A stretch of DNA of 58,201 bases. Source: an uncultured Ruminococcus sp. (GTDB taxonomy: Bacteria; Bacillota; Clostridia; Monoglobales; Monoglobaceae). This document shows, one piece after another, positions 28,076 to 35,942 of the stretch; position 1 is the stretch's first letter; each line of letters opens with the position of its first letter. Made by a program: the position numbers and the translations under genes. The notes under the pieces are model-generated. The model made no database searches and was not told the origin of the DNA. It saw only the letters and a list, made by a program, of their open reading frames with translations. The stretch spans positions 1 to 58,201 of the forward strand of contig CADAVS010000001.1 in assembly GCA_902791425.1 (NCBI GenBank), written 5' to 3'.

Positions 28076-28564
28076 ATGGCGGAATTTTTAAGAGAATGGA
28101 CAATGACGCTTGCCGGCATTATTGTGTTTGGCTCTCTGTGTGAGATGATTTTGCCCGGCGGCGTATACAAAAAATATATACATTTGGCAATCGGTCTTAT
28201 GCTGTGCCTGGCTGTTCTGTCACCGCTTGCGAGCAAAAAGACAGAGGTTGATATAAGCTTTATGGAGCCTGAAACATATGCAATGATTGAAGTACCTGAG
28301 GAGGCACAAAGAAACGAAGTTTTAAGGATATACAAGGATAATCTTTGTAAGAATATGACAGAAGAAGTAAAGAAATATTCTGATTTGGAATTTGACATCA
28401 AGTGTGATGTCAGCGAAGACGAGGACAGCTTTGGGGTAATAAAAAATGTATGGATAACAGTTGATGCAGACAGAGGTGAGAGACTTGATAACAGGTGTGT
28501 GGATGCCTTGAAAAATATATATGGAATAGATGATGGGTGCATAAGCATAAAGTATTTAGGGTGA
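28076..28564 (+). CDS. spoIIIAF: stage III sporulation protein AF
   Basis: The start is set at ATG 28076, 5 nt after GGAGA. It has 2 N-terminal TM segments and a soluble domain. Confidence 0.8.
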   Translation: MAEFLREWTMTLAGIIVFGSLCEMILPGGVYKKYIHLAIGLMLCLAVLSPLASKKTEVDISFMEPETYAMIEVPEEAQRNEVLRIYKDNLCKNMTEEVKKYSDLEFDIKCDVSEDEDSFGVIKNVWITVDADRGERLDNRCVDALKNIYGIDDGCISIKYLG

Positions 28565-28670
28565 AAGTATAAAACCGAACCGTGATTTTGAAAGGTAAAT
28601 TTACGTTTTATCTGCGTTAAAATACTCGGTAATCTTTAGGGTAACAACGATAAGTGGGGCGATTTCCGTA

Positions 28671-29225
28671 ATGAGTTTTAGGGATATGCTTAGTAAAAGA
28701 GAAATTTCTGAAGATGGCTATGAGAAGAAAAAGCCAAATAAAGTTTTAATCATAATAATAATTCTGGCAGTAGTTATTCTGGCTTTCAGCAGTTTTTTTG
28801 AAGGGAATGACACGCCATCAAAAGAGAATACCAATGATGCCGATACTGTCGAAAGGTTTGCAAGAGAGCAGGAACGCAGACTTGAAATGATTTTGAAAAA
28901 GATTAACGGAGCAGGAGATGTTTCGGTGTTTATAAGCGTTGACAACGGAGGTGAAAAGGTTTTAGCACGTGACAACAAAAACAAAGCTTCAGAGGAGACA
29001 AACGGCTCTGAATTATCAAAAAACGAGGAGTACGAAAGCCAAATTGTAAAAGGCGGAAAAGTTTCCGGTGAGGAACCTTATGTAGTCGAAGAAAGAACGC
29101 CTGAGGTATCGGGAGTTTTAGTCGTGGCAGAGGGTGCCTCCAGCGAGAAGGTCAGGCTTGAAATCTATGATGCGGTCAAGGCTGTATTCGGAATTGCACC
29201 GCACAGAATTAAAATTACATATTAA
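28671..29225 (+). CDS. spoIIIAG: stage III sporulation protein AG
   Basis: 184 aa. An N-terminal TM segment is followed by a C-terminal ring-building-motif-like domain (VSGVLVVAEGA). Confidence 0.85.
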   Translation: MSFRDMLSKREISEDGYEKKKPNKVLIIIIILAVVILAFSSFFEGNDTPSKENTNDADTVERFAREQERRLEMILKKINGAGDVSVFISVDNGGEKVLARDNKNKASEETNGSELSKNEEYESQIVKGGKVSGEEPYVVEERTPEVSGVLVVAEGASSEKVRLEIYDAVKAVFGIAPHRIKITY

Positions 29226-29246
29226 TTTTGAAGGGGTATGTGAATT

Positions 29247-29813
29247 ATGAGCAAACAGAATAAAAATTTTCAGTTTAAGGGAAAGCAGATTTTGTTGTTA
29301 GGGCTTGTTGCTCTTGTCATTACTGCAGGTTATTATAGATGGAATATAGAAAAGGAACAGCTGTCGTTAGCGGTTCCTGCCGCCAATGAAATGTCTGACG
29401 GGGCAGTAAGCGACGGCGAAAATCAAGAACAGAACGAAAACAATGAACAGAAGAATGAAAGTTCTTCCACAGACGAAATAACAAAGCTTAAACAGACGCG
29501 TGATACTTCAAGAAGTCAATCCACAGAGGAGTGGACAAAAATAACAAAGAGCAATGATGCATCGACTGAGAATAAAAAGGATGCCGAAAAAAAGATTGCC
29601 GCAGAGGCAGACCACGCAGACAAGGAGAGAAAAATAGAAACACAGGTCAAAGCAAAGGGATATGCGGATTGCATTGCCTATGTTGACGAAAACGGCGTGT
29701 CGGTAACGGTTCAAGGTGGCGAGGTAAACGGCGAGAAGGTCGCTCAAATTAAAGATATCATTGTTTCGGTAACAAATGTTCCCGTTAAAAATATAAAGAT
29801 AAATGCTCTGTAA
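29247..29813 (+). CDS. spoIIIAH: stage III sporulation protein AH
   Basis: 188 aa. An N-terminal TM segment and a charged linker are followed by a C-terminal domain. It is the last gene of the operon. Confidence 0.85.
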   Translation: MSKQNKNFQFKGKQILLLGLVALVITAGYYRWNIEKEQLSLAVPAANEMSDGAVSDGENQEQNENNEQKNESSSTDEITKLKQTRDTSRSQSTEEWTKITKSNDASTENKKDAEKKIAAEADHADKERKIETQVKAKGYADCIAYVDENGVSVTVQGGEVNGEKVAQIKDIIVSVTNVPVKNIKINAL

Positions 29814-29820
29814 AAAGGAT

Positions 29821-29859
29821 ATGCATTCCAAGGACAAAAGGCTTTGGAATGCATTTTTA
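29821..29859 (+). terminator. intrinsic terminator of the spoIIIA operon
   Basis: ATGCATTCCAA / TTGGAATGCAT stem followed by TTTTT. Confidence 0.85.
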
Positions 29860-29897
29860 ATAATTTGAATAAAATTGTTGTAATATAAAATTTTATG

Positions 29898-30256
29898 TGT
29901 TATAATAGCTTTACAAAAGCTATTTGAACATAACACTCCGCATCGGCAAGCTCAGCTTCGTTGCAGAGGAATGAAAATCCTTTGGATTTTCTTTTGATAT
30001 GTTATAATAACCTTACGGCATAAACAAAATCACAGATTTTGATGCCTGAGAGAACATTGAAACATAACACTCCGCAACACCTTTGGCGTGCTGCGTTGCA
30101 GAGGAATGAAAATCCTTTGGATTTTCTATTTATATGTTATAATAACCTTACGGCATAAACAAAATCACAGATTTTGATGCCTGAAAGAACATTGAAACAT
30201 AACACACCGCAACACCTTTGGTGTGCTATGTTGCTAATGTAAATGTAAATGTAAAT
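29898..30256 (+). repeat. tandem repeat with a period of about 133-135 bp (2.3 units) carrying three TGTTATAAT extended -10 boxes, followed by (AATGTA)3
   Basis: TGTTATAAT occurs at 29898-29906, 30000-30008 and 30135-30143. The unit starts (TTGAA(A)CATAACAC) are at 29924, 30057 and 30192. Segments 30000-30098 and 30135-30233 differ at about 5 positions. Confidence 0.85.
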
Positions 30257-30289
30257 ACGCATATAACTTTATATAAAGGAGATGTTTAT

Positions 30290-30715
30290 ATGGATAAAAC
30301 AACAAACTCTGAAACTTTTAAGGACAACGGAACAGTTAATATTTCTGACGAAGTAGTTGCTGTTATGGCATCATTGGCGGCAACGGGAGTTAAGGGCGTT
30401 GCAGGTATGTCAGGCGGTGTCGCAGGCGGATTTGCGGAACTCCTCGGAAAGAAGAGCCTTTCCAAAGGCGTTAAAATTAATAAGGATGCCGACAAGGTTG
30501 CACTTGATTTGTCAATCGTTGTAGAGTATGGCTCTAATATACCTGATGTTGCCTGGGAGGTTCAGGACAAGGTTAAGACTGAGATAGAAACAATGACAGG
30601 CATCAATGTAGAAAGCGTAAACGTATCTGTTGACGGAATAAATGTTCCTGCAGATGATGCAAAGCAGGAGGCTGTTGCCGAAAATAGTGAAAGCGTTGAA
30701 GTAACAGAGGAATAG
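30290..30715 (+). CDS. Asp23/Gls24-family (DUF322) envelope/alkaline-shock-like protein
   Basis: The start is set at ATG 30290, after AAGGAGA. The ISDEVVAVMASLAATGVKGVAGM motif is present. Confidence 0.85.
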   Translation: MDKTTNSETFKDNGTVNISDEVVAVMASLAATGVKGVAGMSGGVAGGFAELLGKKSLSKGVKINKDADKVALDLSIVVEYGSNIPDVAWEVQDKVKTEIETMTGINVESVNVSVDGINVPADDAKQEAVAENSESVEVTEE

Positions 30716-30725
30716 GATAGGTAAT

Positions 30726-31124
30726 ATGAACAGAAGACAAGCGAGAGAGCAGGCGTTTTTATTGCTTTTTCAGTATAAATTTCAGCCTGACGATATGGAG
30801 CTTTTATTAGAGAGATTTTTTGAGGAAAACAATGCCGCAGACCAAAGCGGTTATATTGAAGACGTTGTTAAGGGCGTTATCTCCAAAAAAGAGGAAATAG
30901 ATAATGTCATAAACGAATTTTCAAAGGATTGGGATGTTGACAGACTTTCATCTGTCAGCCTCGCTGTTTTGCGTCTTGGTGTTTATGAGATTATGTATAT
31001 TGACGACATTCCGTCAGCCGTTTCGGTAAATGAGGCTGTTGCCCTTGCCAAAGAATTTGAAGGTGAAGAGGCGGCTCCGTTTATTAACGGAATAATGGGC
31101 AAAATTAAGGAGAAATTCAACTGA
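30726..31124 (+). CDS. nusB: transcription antitermination factor NusB
   Basis: 132 aa with the RRQAREQAFLLLFQ start typical of NusB. Confidence 0.92.
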   Translation: MNRRQAREQAFLLLFQYKFQPDDMELLLERFFEENNAADQSGYIEDVVKGVISKKEEIDNVINEFSKDWDVDRLSSVSLAVLRLGVYEIMYIDDIPSAVSVNEAVALAKEFEGEEAAPFINGIMGKIKEKFN

Positions 31125-31126
31125 TT

Positions 31127-32326
31127 ATGATTGAGGAAAGAAAGGCTTTATCTGTTACTCAGGTCAATTTATATGTAAAAGATGTAATAGCGAGAGATGA
31201 TATACTCTGCGATATCCTTGTCAAGGGTGAGCTTTCAAACTTCAAGGCTCATTCTTCAGGGCATATGTATATGTCTTTAAAGGATGACAGCGGAGTTATC
31301 CGTGCTGTTATGTTTCGTTCCAGTGCGTCAAAATTGAATTTTAAGCCGCAGAATGGTACAAAAGTTATTGCACACGGCAGAATTGGCGTGTACGAACGTG
31401 ACGGTCAATATCAATTATATATAGACGATATGCAACAGGACGGACAAGGCGATTTGTATGCCGCCTTTGAACAGCTTAAGATAAAGCTTGCGGCAGAGGG
31501 GCTTTTTGACCCCGTACATAAAAAGCCTTTGCCTAAATATCCTAAGAAGGTCGGCGTTGTTACCGCTCCTACGGGAGCGGCTATCCGCGATATAATCAAT
31601 GTGCTTACAAGACGTTTTTCCTATTCGGATATTGTGTTATATCCCGTTTTGGTTCAGGGCGAAAATTCCGCCGCAAGCATTGTAGAGGCGATAGAGTATT
31701 TTAACAAATCCAAGATAGCAGATGTGTTAATTGTCGGCAGAGGCGGCGGCTCTATTGAGGACTTGTGGTCCTTTAACGAGGAGATTGTTGCCCGTGCCAT
31801 TTATAACAGTGAGATACCAATAGTATCAGCGGTGGGGCACGAGATTGATTTTACCATATCGGACTTTGTTGCCGATTTGCGTGCACCTACACCGTCTGCT
31901 GCGGCAGAGCTTGTTGTTCCCTCGCAGATTGAACTTGCCGAAAAGTTTAACAATGTCTATAAAATGATGTACAGGCAGGCGTTGAGGATTATAGAAAACC
32001 GAAGATTACAGATTGAAAAATGCAAGGACAGAGCGGTATTTAAAAACCCGTTGCGTAACATTGACAGCGACAGACAGTATCTTGACAATCTTGCACATAT
32101 GTTTGAAACAGCGTGCAAATCGGCGGTTGCCGCAAAACGTCAAAAGGTAGCGGAAAACGCCGCAAAGCTTGATGCACTAAGTCCCTTGGGAACTCTCGGC
32201 AGGGGTTATGCCTTTGCTAAAAATTCTTCAGGGGCGGTTATCAGGTCTGTATCTCAGGTGAGTGCAGGTGACAAGGTTACCATAAGGGTATCGGACGGCG
32301 ATTTTAAAGCAGAAGTTATTGATTAA
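31127..32326 (+). CDS. xseA: exodeoxyribonuclease VII large subunit
   Basis: 399 aa. It has an OB-fold N-terminus and the VGVVTAPTGAAIRD and GRGGGSIEDLW motifs. Confidence 0.93.
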   Translation: MIEERKALSVTQVNLYVKDVIARDDILCDILVKGELSNFKAHSSGHMYMSLKDDSGVIRAVMFRSSASKLNFKPQNGTKVIAHGRIGVYERDGQYQLYIDDMQQDGQGDLYAAFEQLKIKLAAEGLFDPVHKKPLPKYPKKVGVVTAPTGAAIRDIINVLTRRFSYSDIVLYPVLVQGENSAASIVEAIEYFNKSKIADVLIVGRGGGSIEDLWSFNEEIVARAIYNSEIPIVSAVGHEIDFTISDFVADLRAPTPSAAAELVVPSQIELAEKFNNVYKMMYRQALRIIENRRLQIEKCKDRAVFKNPLRNIDSDRQYLDNLAHMFETACKSAVAAKRQKVAENAAKLDALSPLGTLGRGYAFAKNSSGAVIRSVSQVSAGDKVTIRVSDGDFKAEVID

Positions 32327-32340
32327 TAAAGGTGAATGTA

Positions 32341-32571
32341 ATGAGTGATAAAAACAGTTTTGAAAAGAATTTGAGTGAGCTTGAACAGGTTGTTAAGGCT
32401 CTTGAGGATAACGAGGTCAGCCTCGATAAAATGATTGAGCTTTTCGAAAAGGGTGTAGGCCTTACCAAAGAATGTACCAACGCATTAAATGCCGCAGAAC
32501 AGAAAATCACAATTTTGATGAAAAACCGTGATAGCGGTGAAATGACAGAGCAGCCATTTAATGCTGAATAG
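32341..32571 (+). CDS. xseB: exodeoxyribonuclease VII small subunit
   Basis: 76 aa from ATG 32341, after AAAGGTGA. The FEKNLSELEQVVKALE motif is present. Confidence 0.9.
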   Translation: MSDKNSFEKNLSELEQVVKALEDNEVSLDKMIELFEKGVGLTKECTNALNAAEQKITILMKNRDSGEMTEQPFNAE

Positions 32572-32584
32572 CAGAGGTGTGACT

Positions 32585-33484
32585 ATGGATTTTAATGGGC
32601 AATATGATATATATTTAAAAGCGGTTGAAAAAGAGATAGAAGAATACTTCAAACCTCTTAATATTCCGCAGAAAAATGTGCTTGATGCTATGGAATATGC
32701 GATTACCGCAGGCGGCAAGAGGCTTAGACCCGTGCTTGTTCAGGCGGCGGCAGAGATTTACGGTGCAGATATGGAGGATGCGGCATCTGTCGCTCTTGCG
32801 GTGGAATGTATACATAATTACTCCCTGATACACGATGATTTGCCGTGTATGGACAATGATGATTTAAGACGGGGCAGACCCACCTGTCACAAGGTCTTTG
32901 GAGAGGATATTGCTCTGCTTGCAGGTGACGGACTTTTAAATTCCGCATTTGAGATTTTGTCTGACAAAAGCAGGTATAAGTCAGTCAGTTATGAGTCGCT
33001 GTTAAAAATAGTCAGATGCTTATCTGTTGCCTCAGGGGTATTCGGAATGATAGGCGGTCAGGTCGTAGACCTTGAGTGCGAAAAACGTAACGACGTTACC
33101 TTGGAGGAGTTGTCATATCTTCACGCCAACAAAACGGGTGCGTTAATTAGGGCGGCTGTAAAATGCGGATGTCTGTGTGCCGATAGCAATAAAGGCGATA
33201 AATATATAGACATATTGGACAGCTTTGCGGAAAAGCTGGGACTTGCCTTTCAAATAAAAGATGATATATTGGATTTTGAGGGTGACGAGGCGGTTCTCGG
33301 CAAACCGATAGGCAGTGACGAGAAAAGCGGAAAGAGTACATATGTAACAATATTGGGTATGAATTCAGCAAAGGAGTATCTTGAAAAATGTACGCAAGAG
33401 GCAAAGGCTGCACTTGAGCCTTTGGGTGAAAAGGGTGAATTTTTCTCCTGTCTTGCTGACTATTTATTAAAGAGAAATTATTAG
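32585..33484 (+). CDS. ispA: polyprenyl (farnesyl/geranylgeranyl) diphosphate synthase
   Basis: The two Asp-rich motifs are IHDDLPCMDNDDLRRG and KDDILD. Confidence 0.9.
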   Translation: MDFNGQYDIYLKAVEKEIEEYFKPLNIPQKNVLDAMEYAITAGGKRLRPVLVQAAAEIYGADMEDAASVALAVECIHNYSLIHDDLPCMDNDDLRRGRPTCHKVFGEDIALLAGDGLLNSAFEILSDKSRYKSVSYESLLKIVRCLSVASGVFGMIGGQVVDLECEKRNDVTLEELSYLHANKTGALIRAAVKCGCLCADSNKGDKYIDILDSFAEKLGLAFQIKDDILDFEGDEAVLGKPIGSDEKSGKSTYVTILGMNSAKEYLEKCTQEAKAALEPLGEKGEFFSCLADYLLKRNY

Positions 33485-33491
33485 GGGTAGG

Positions 33492-33959
33492 ATGAATTTA
33501 ATGTATTTTACGCAATTAATTAATAATACAACATTTATAGTAGTAATTCTTTCGTGGGCATTGTCGTGTCTGATAAAGGGAATACTTGTGTGTATCAGAG
33601 ACGGAAAAATCGACTGGACAAGATTTATGGGTTCAGGCGGTATGCCATCATCGCACTCGGCGATAGTGACATCTCTTGCCACCTCCGTTGCCATACACGA
33701 TGGATTGGGTTCCACCACATTTGTGATATGCTGTGCGTTGGCTTTTGTGGTTATGTATGATGCCTCCGGGGTTCGCCGTGCGGCAGGCAAGCAGGCGTCG
33801 GTTATTAATATGATTATTGATGCGTTGGAGGAATCCTCGCCTGTCAAAAAAGAAGAAAAGCTAAAGGAATTGCTGGGACATAAGCCTGTTGAGGTTTTTG
33901 CAGGTGCCGTTCTGGGAATTATCATTGCTCTTACATATAATTTTATATTCGGTATGTGA
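33492..33959 (+). CDS. divergent PAP2-family membrane protein (YuiD-like)
   Basis: 155 aa with the GGMPSSHSA and YDASGVRRAAG motifs. Confidence 0.85.
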   Translation: MNLMYFTQLINNTTFIVVILSWALSCLIKGILVCIRDGKIDWTRFMGSGGMPSSHSAIVTSLATSVAIHDGLGSTTFVICCALAFVVMYDASGVRRAAGKQASVINMIIDALEESSPVKKEEKLKELLGHKPVEVFAGAVLGIIIALTYNFIFGM

Positions 33960-33973
33960 TTATAAAAAAGGTG

Positions 33974-34027
33974 AAGGGCGTGTCTCAATAAGTGAATTTT
34001 CACTGAGTTGAGGCATCGCCCTCTTTT
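33974..34027 (+). terminator. long imperfect hairpin terminator
   Basis: AAGGGCGTGTCTCAA / TTGAGGCATCGCCCT forms about 14 bp with one bulge, followed by CTTTT. Confidence 0.65.
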
Positions 34028-34189
34028 CCCGCCCAAAATGTGGATTTTAAATTTTTTTTGAATTATGGGTACACAAAACGAAGCTCGTCATTTTACGAAC
34101 TTTTCAATTTTGCTTTTTTTTAAGCCGATTTTATCTCATACAAAAATTGCCCCTGACGGTTGGCTATCGTCTTATTGTGCAAATTTTTA

Positions 34190-34220
34190 GGGCTATCTCA
34201 CCTTTTTAGTGAGATAGCCC
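34190..34220. terminator. hairpin terminator downstream of the LUD-domain gene
   Basis: GGGCTATCTCAC / GTGAGATAGCCC forms a 12-bp stem with T-rich flanks. Confidence 0.75.
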
Positions 34221-34224
34221 CTTT

Positions 34225-34845
34225 TTAAAATCCTAATTCTTCACCTACGAGAATGATTTTTATTCTGCCTTTTACCTTGCTCCTGCGTGTTTTTACAATG
34301 TAAGAGCACATACATTCGTCTGACAGACAGTTTACACATTTGCCTTTTGAACAGCCTGTTTTGGTAAGTCCAAAGCGTTCGGCATTTTTAACAGCCGCAA
34401 CATTATGTACGCGGTCTACGGCAGCCTCAACTGTTTCACACAGCTTGTTCATTCCTGCAATAACAATTACGCTGTCAGGTCCGTAGCACATTGCCGCAAC
34501 ACGATTGCCGTTGCCGTCAATGTTTACCAGGATACCGTCCTCTGTGATGGCGTTTGAACTTGTTAAAAACGTATTGGCGGTAAGCCCTTGTTTCATAAGC
34601 TCGTTACGCTCCTCAGGAGTTGAGGCGGAATCTCTGTCGATTAGCTTGTAATCATTTTCTTTAAGCACTTCAATCAGGTTGAGGTCTTTGAGAGTCTTAG
34701 AGCCTCCCCAACTGATAGTGCCGTTTTTGTCTATTAATGATATGGCTTTGTCTAAAGCCTGTTCTCTATTGTCACAATAGTATGCTTCAAAATTTCTCTT
34801 TTCAAGGTTTGGAATAAGTTTTTCCGCTAAGTTTTTGTAGTTCAT
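34225..34845 (-). CDS. LUD-domain (DUF162, lactate-utilisation-protein-like) protein
   Basis: 206 aa with the ITEDGILVNIDGNGNRV motif and a C-terminal Cys cluster CSKGKCVNC...CMC. Confidence 0.75.
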   Translation of the reverse strand: MNYKNLAEKLIPNLEKRNFEAYYCDNREQALDKAISLIDKNGTISWGGSKTLKDLNLIEVLKENDYKLIDRDSASTPEERNELMKQGLTANTFLTSSNAITEDGILVNIDGNGNRVAAMCYGPDSVIVIAGMNKLCETVEAAVDRVHNVAAVKNAERFGLTKTGCSKGKCVNCLSDECMCSYIVKTRRSKVKGRIKIILVGEELGF

Positions 34846-34859
34846 AGTATTTCACCCGA

Positions 34860-35405
34860 TTAAATAAGTTCAGGAACATTTGACATAAGTTTAGCTGATG
34901 CCAAAGCCTTTGCAACAATGTATGCGATTATAAAGTCAACGCAGTGATGTGCGAATGTGCCGCCCGCCGTAATGATTACCATTGAGATTACGGAATATCC
35001 TTCGGCAGGTGTGCTCATACCTGTAGTAAAGAATACCAAAACGATTAATGCCTCAATTCCTGCGTGAACGATACCGGTCAAAAGGCAAAGAGGAATAGCT
35101 CCCATACCTTTTTTAAGTAAATATGCACCCATAATTGCAAATACAATATGAGATGCCGCACGTACAGCAACTATAACAGGTGCAGTAAAGAAGAAGCCTA
35201 TGGTTGTACCTACTGCTGTGAATATTGCCGTAACAGGTGATATAAACATTGCAATGATTACAGGAACGTGTGCCATAAGTGTCGCACTATACGGACCGAC
35301 AACAATTCTGAACGGAAAACCCGTAAATATCATCGGAATAAGAATACCTATTGCAATCAGCAGTGCTGATGTTACCATATCTTTTGTTTTAATTGTGTTG
35401 TTCAT
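34860..35405 (-). CDS. ECF-transporter S (substrate-capture) component, substrate unknown
   Basis: The start is set at ATG 35405, after GGGAGGAAG. About 6 TM segments of small hydrophobic residues are present. The promoter TTGACA-17-TATTAT is at 35474-35446. Confidence 0.6.
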   Translation of the reverse strand: MNNTIKTKDMVTSALLIAIGILIPMIFTGFPFRIVVGPYSATLMAHVPVIIAMFISPVTAIFTAVGTTIGFFFTAPVIVAVRAASHIVFAIMGAYLLKKGMGAIPLCLLTGIVHAGIEALIVLVFFTTGMSTPAEGYSVISMVIITAGGTFAHHCVDFIIAYIVAKALASAKLMSNVPELI

Positions 35406-35552
35406 TTTCTTCCTCCCATAGAATTTATTAAAATGTCTTTTCAAAATAATAGCACAAATCAGAGGAAATGTCAAACAAATAAGGTATAGTATTACAGATT
35501 TATGTCAACAATATTTACAAGTAAAAGCATATAAAATTTGGAGGAAATGCAT

Positions 35553-35846
35553 ATGTTGGATAAAAATGGAAAAAGAGCGGTAATTATAAGCAATATAAGG
35601 TCGAACTCTATTGAACAGGCAATATTTATTTTAAAATCAAATGATGCAGAACCCATAAAAGATGTGGGCAGCGGAATTGTTGCTGAGGCTCAGGAGATAA
35701 TTAATAACTATATCAAAAAAGTAGAGCGTGCGTTGCCTTGCAGGGCAAAACACAAAAACCGAAAGAAAATTGCCGTAATTGCAGTGACTGCTGTTATGCT
35801 TGCAATAGTCGGAGGCTTAGCACTTTTAAAGCTGAATATGTCATAA
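35553..35846 (+). CDS. hypothetical C-terminally membrane-anchored protein
   Basis: 97 aa from ATG 35553, 7 nt after GGAGGA. The C-terminal TM segment is IAVIAVTAVMLAIVGGLALL. I did not recognise a family. Confidence 0.45.
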   Translation: MLDKNGKRAVIISNIRSNSIEQAIFILKSNDAEPIKDVGSGIVAEAQEIINNYIKKVERALPCRAKHKNRKKIAVIAVTAVMLAIVGGLALLKLNMS

Positions 35847-35880
35847 TAAGTCGTGAATATTTTTCTTATACCTACCTCCG

Positions 35881-35914
35881 TTCGACACAAAAAATGGAAA
35901 ATTATGGATATAAT
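35881..35914 (+). promoter_or_regulatory. spoIIE promoter region with a Spo0A-box-like heptamer
   Basis: TTCGACA, the reverse complement of the 0A box TGTCGAA, is at 35881-35887. It lies 21 nt upstream of TATAAT at 35909-35914. Confidence 0.4.
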
Positions 35915-35942
35915 ATTTTATGTTTAATAAAGGGGTGGTATA

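Noticed and set aside
27308-28548. Minus-strand ORFs 27308-27973 and 28027-28548, and the long plus-strand ORF 27758-28564.
   Set aside because: The first two are antisense to spoIIIAE and spoIIIAF. In the third, the 5' two-fifths is an out-of-frame overlap with spoIIIAE. Only the part from ATG 28076 (after GGAGA) is SpoIIIAF-like.
29924-30238. Tandem repeat considered as a CRISPR array or minisatellite-encoded peptide.
   Set aside because: The repeat unit is about 134 bp with no unique spacers, and there are no cas genes. The mini-ORF starting at GAGGAATG (MKILWIFF-stop in unit 1, a 23-aa variant in unit 2) is not conserved in length and has no spacing between the SD and the ATG.
33467-34036. 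189-aa minus-strand ORF covering the PAP2-family gene.
   Set aside because: It is antisense to a gene with clear YuiD/PAP2 motifs and runs through the terminator hairpin. I saw no family resemblance.
34031-34080. Possible fourth, degenerate copy of the hairpin element.
   Set aside because: Similarity is limited to an AT-rich stretch of about 17 nt (ATAATTCAA.AAAA.T) on the minus strand. The 28-nt core is absent, so the match is probably chance in AT-rich DNA.
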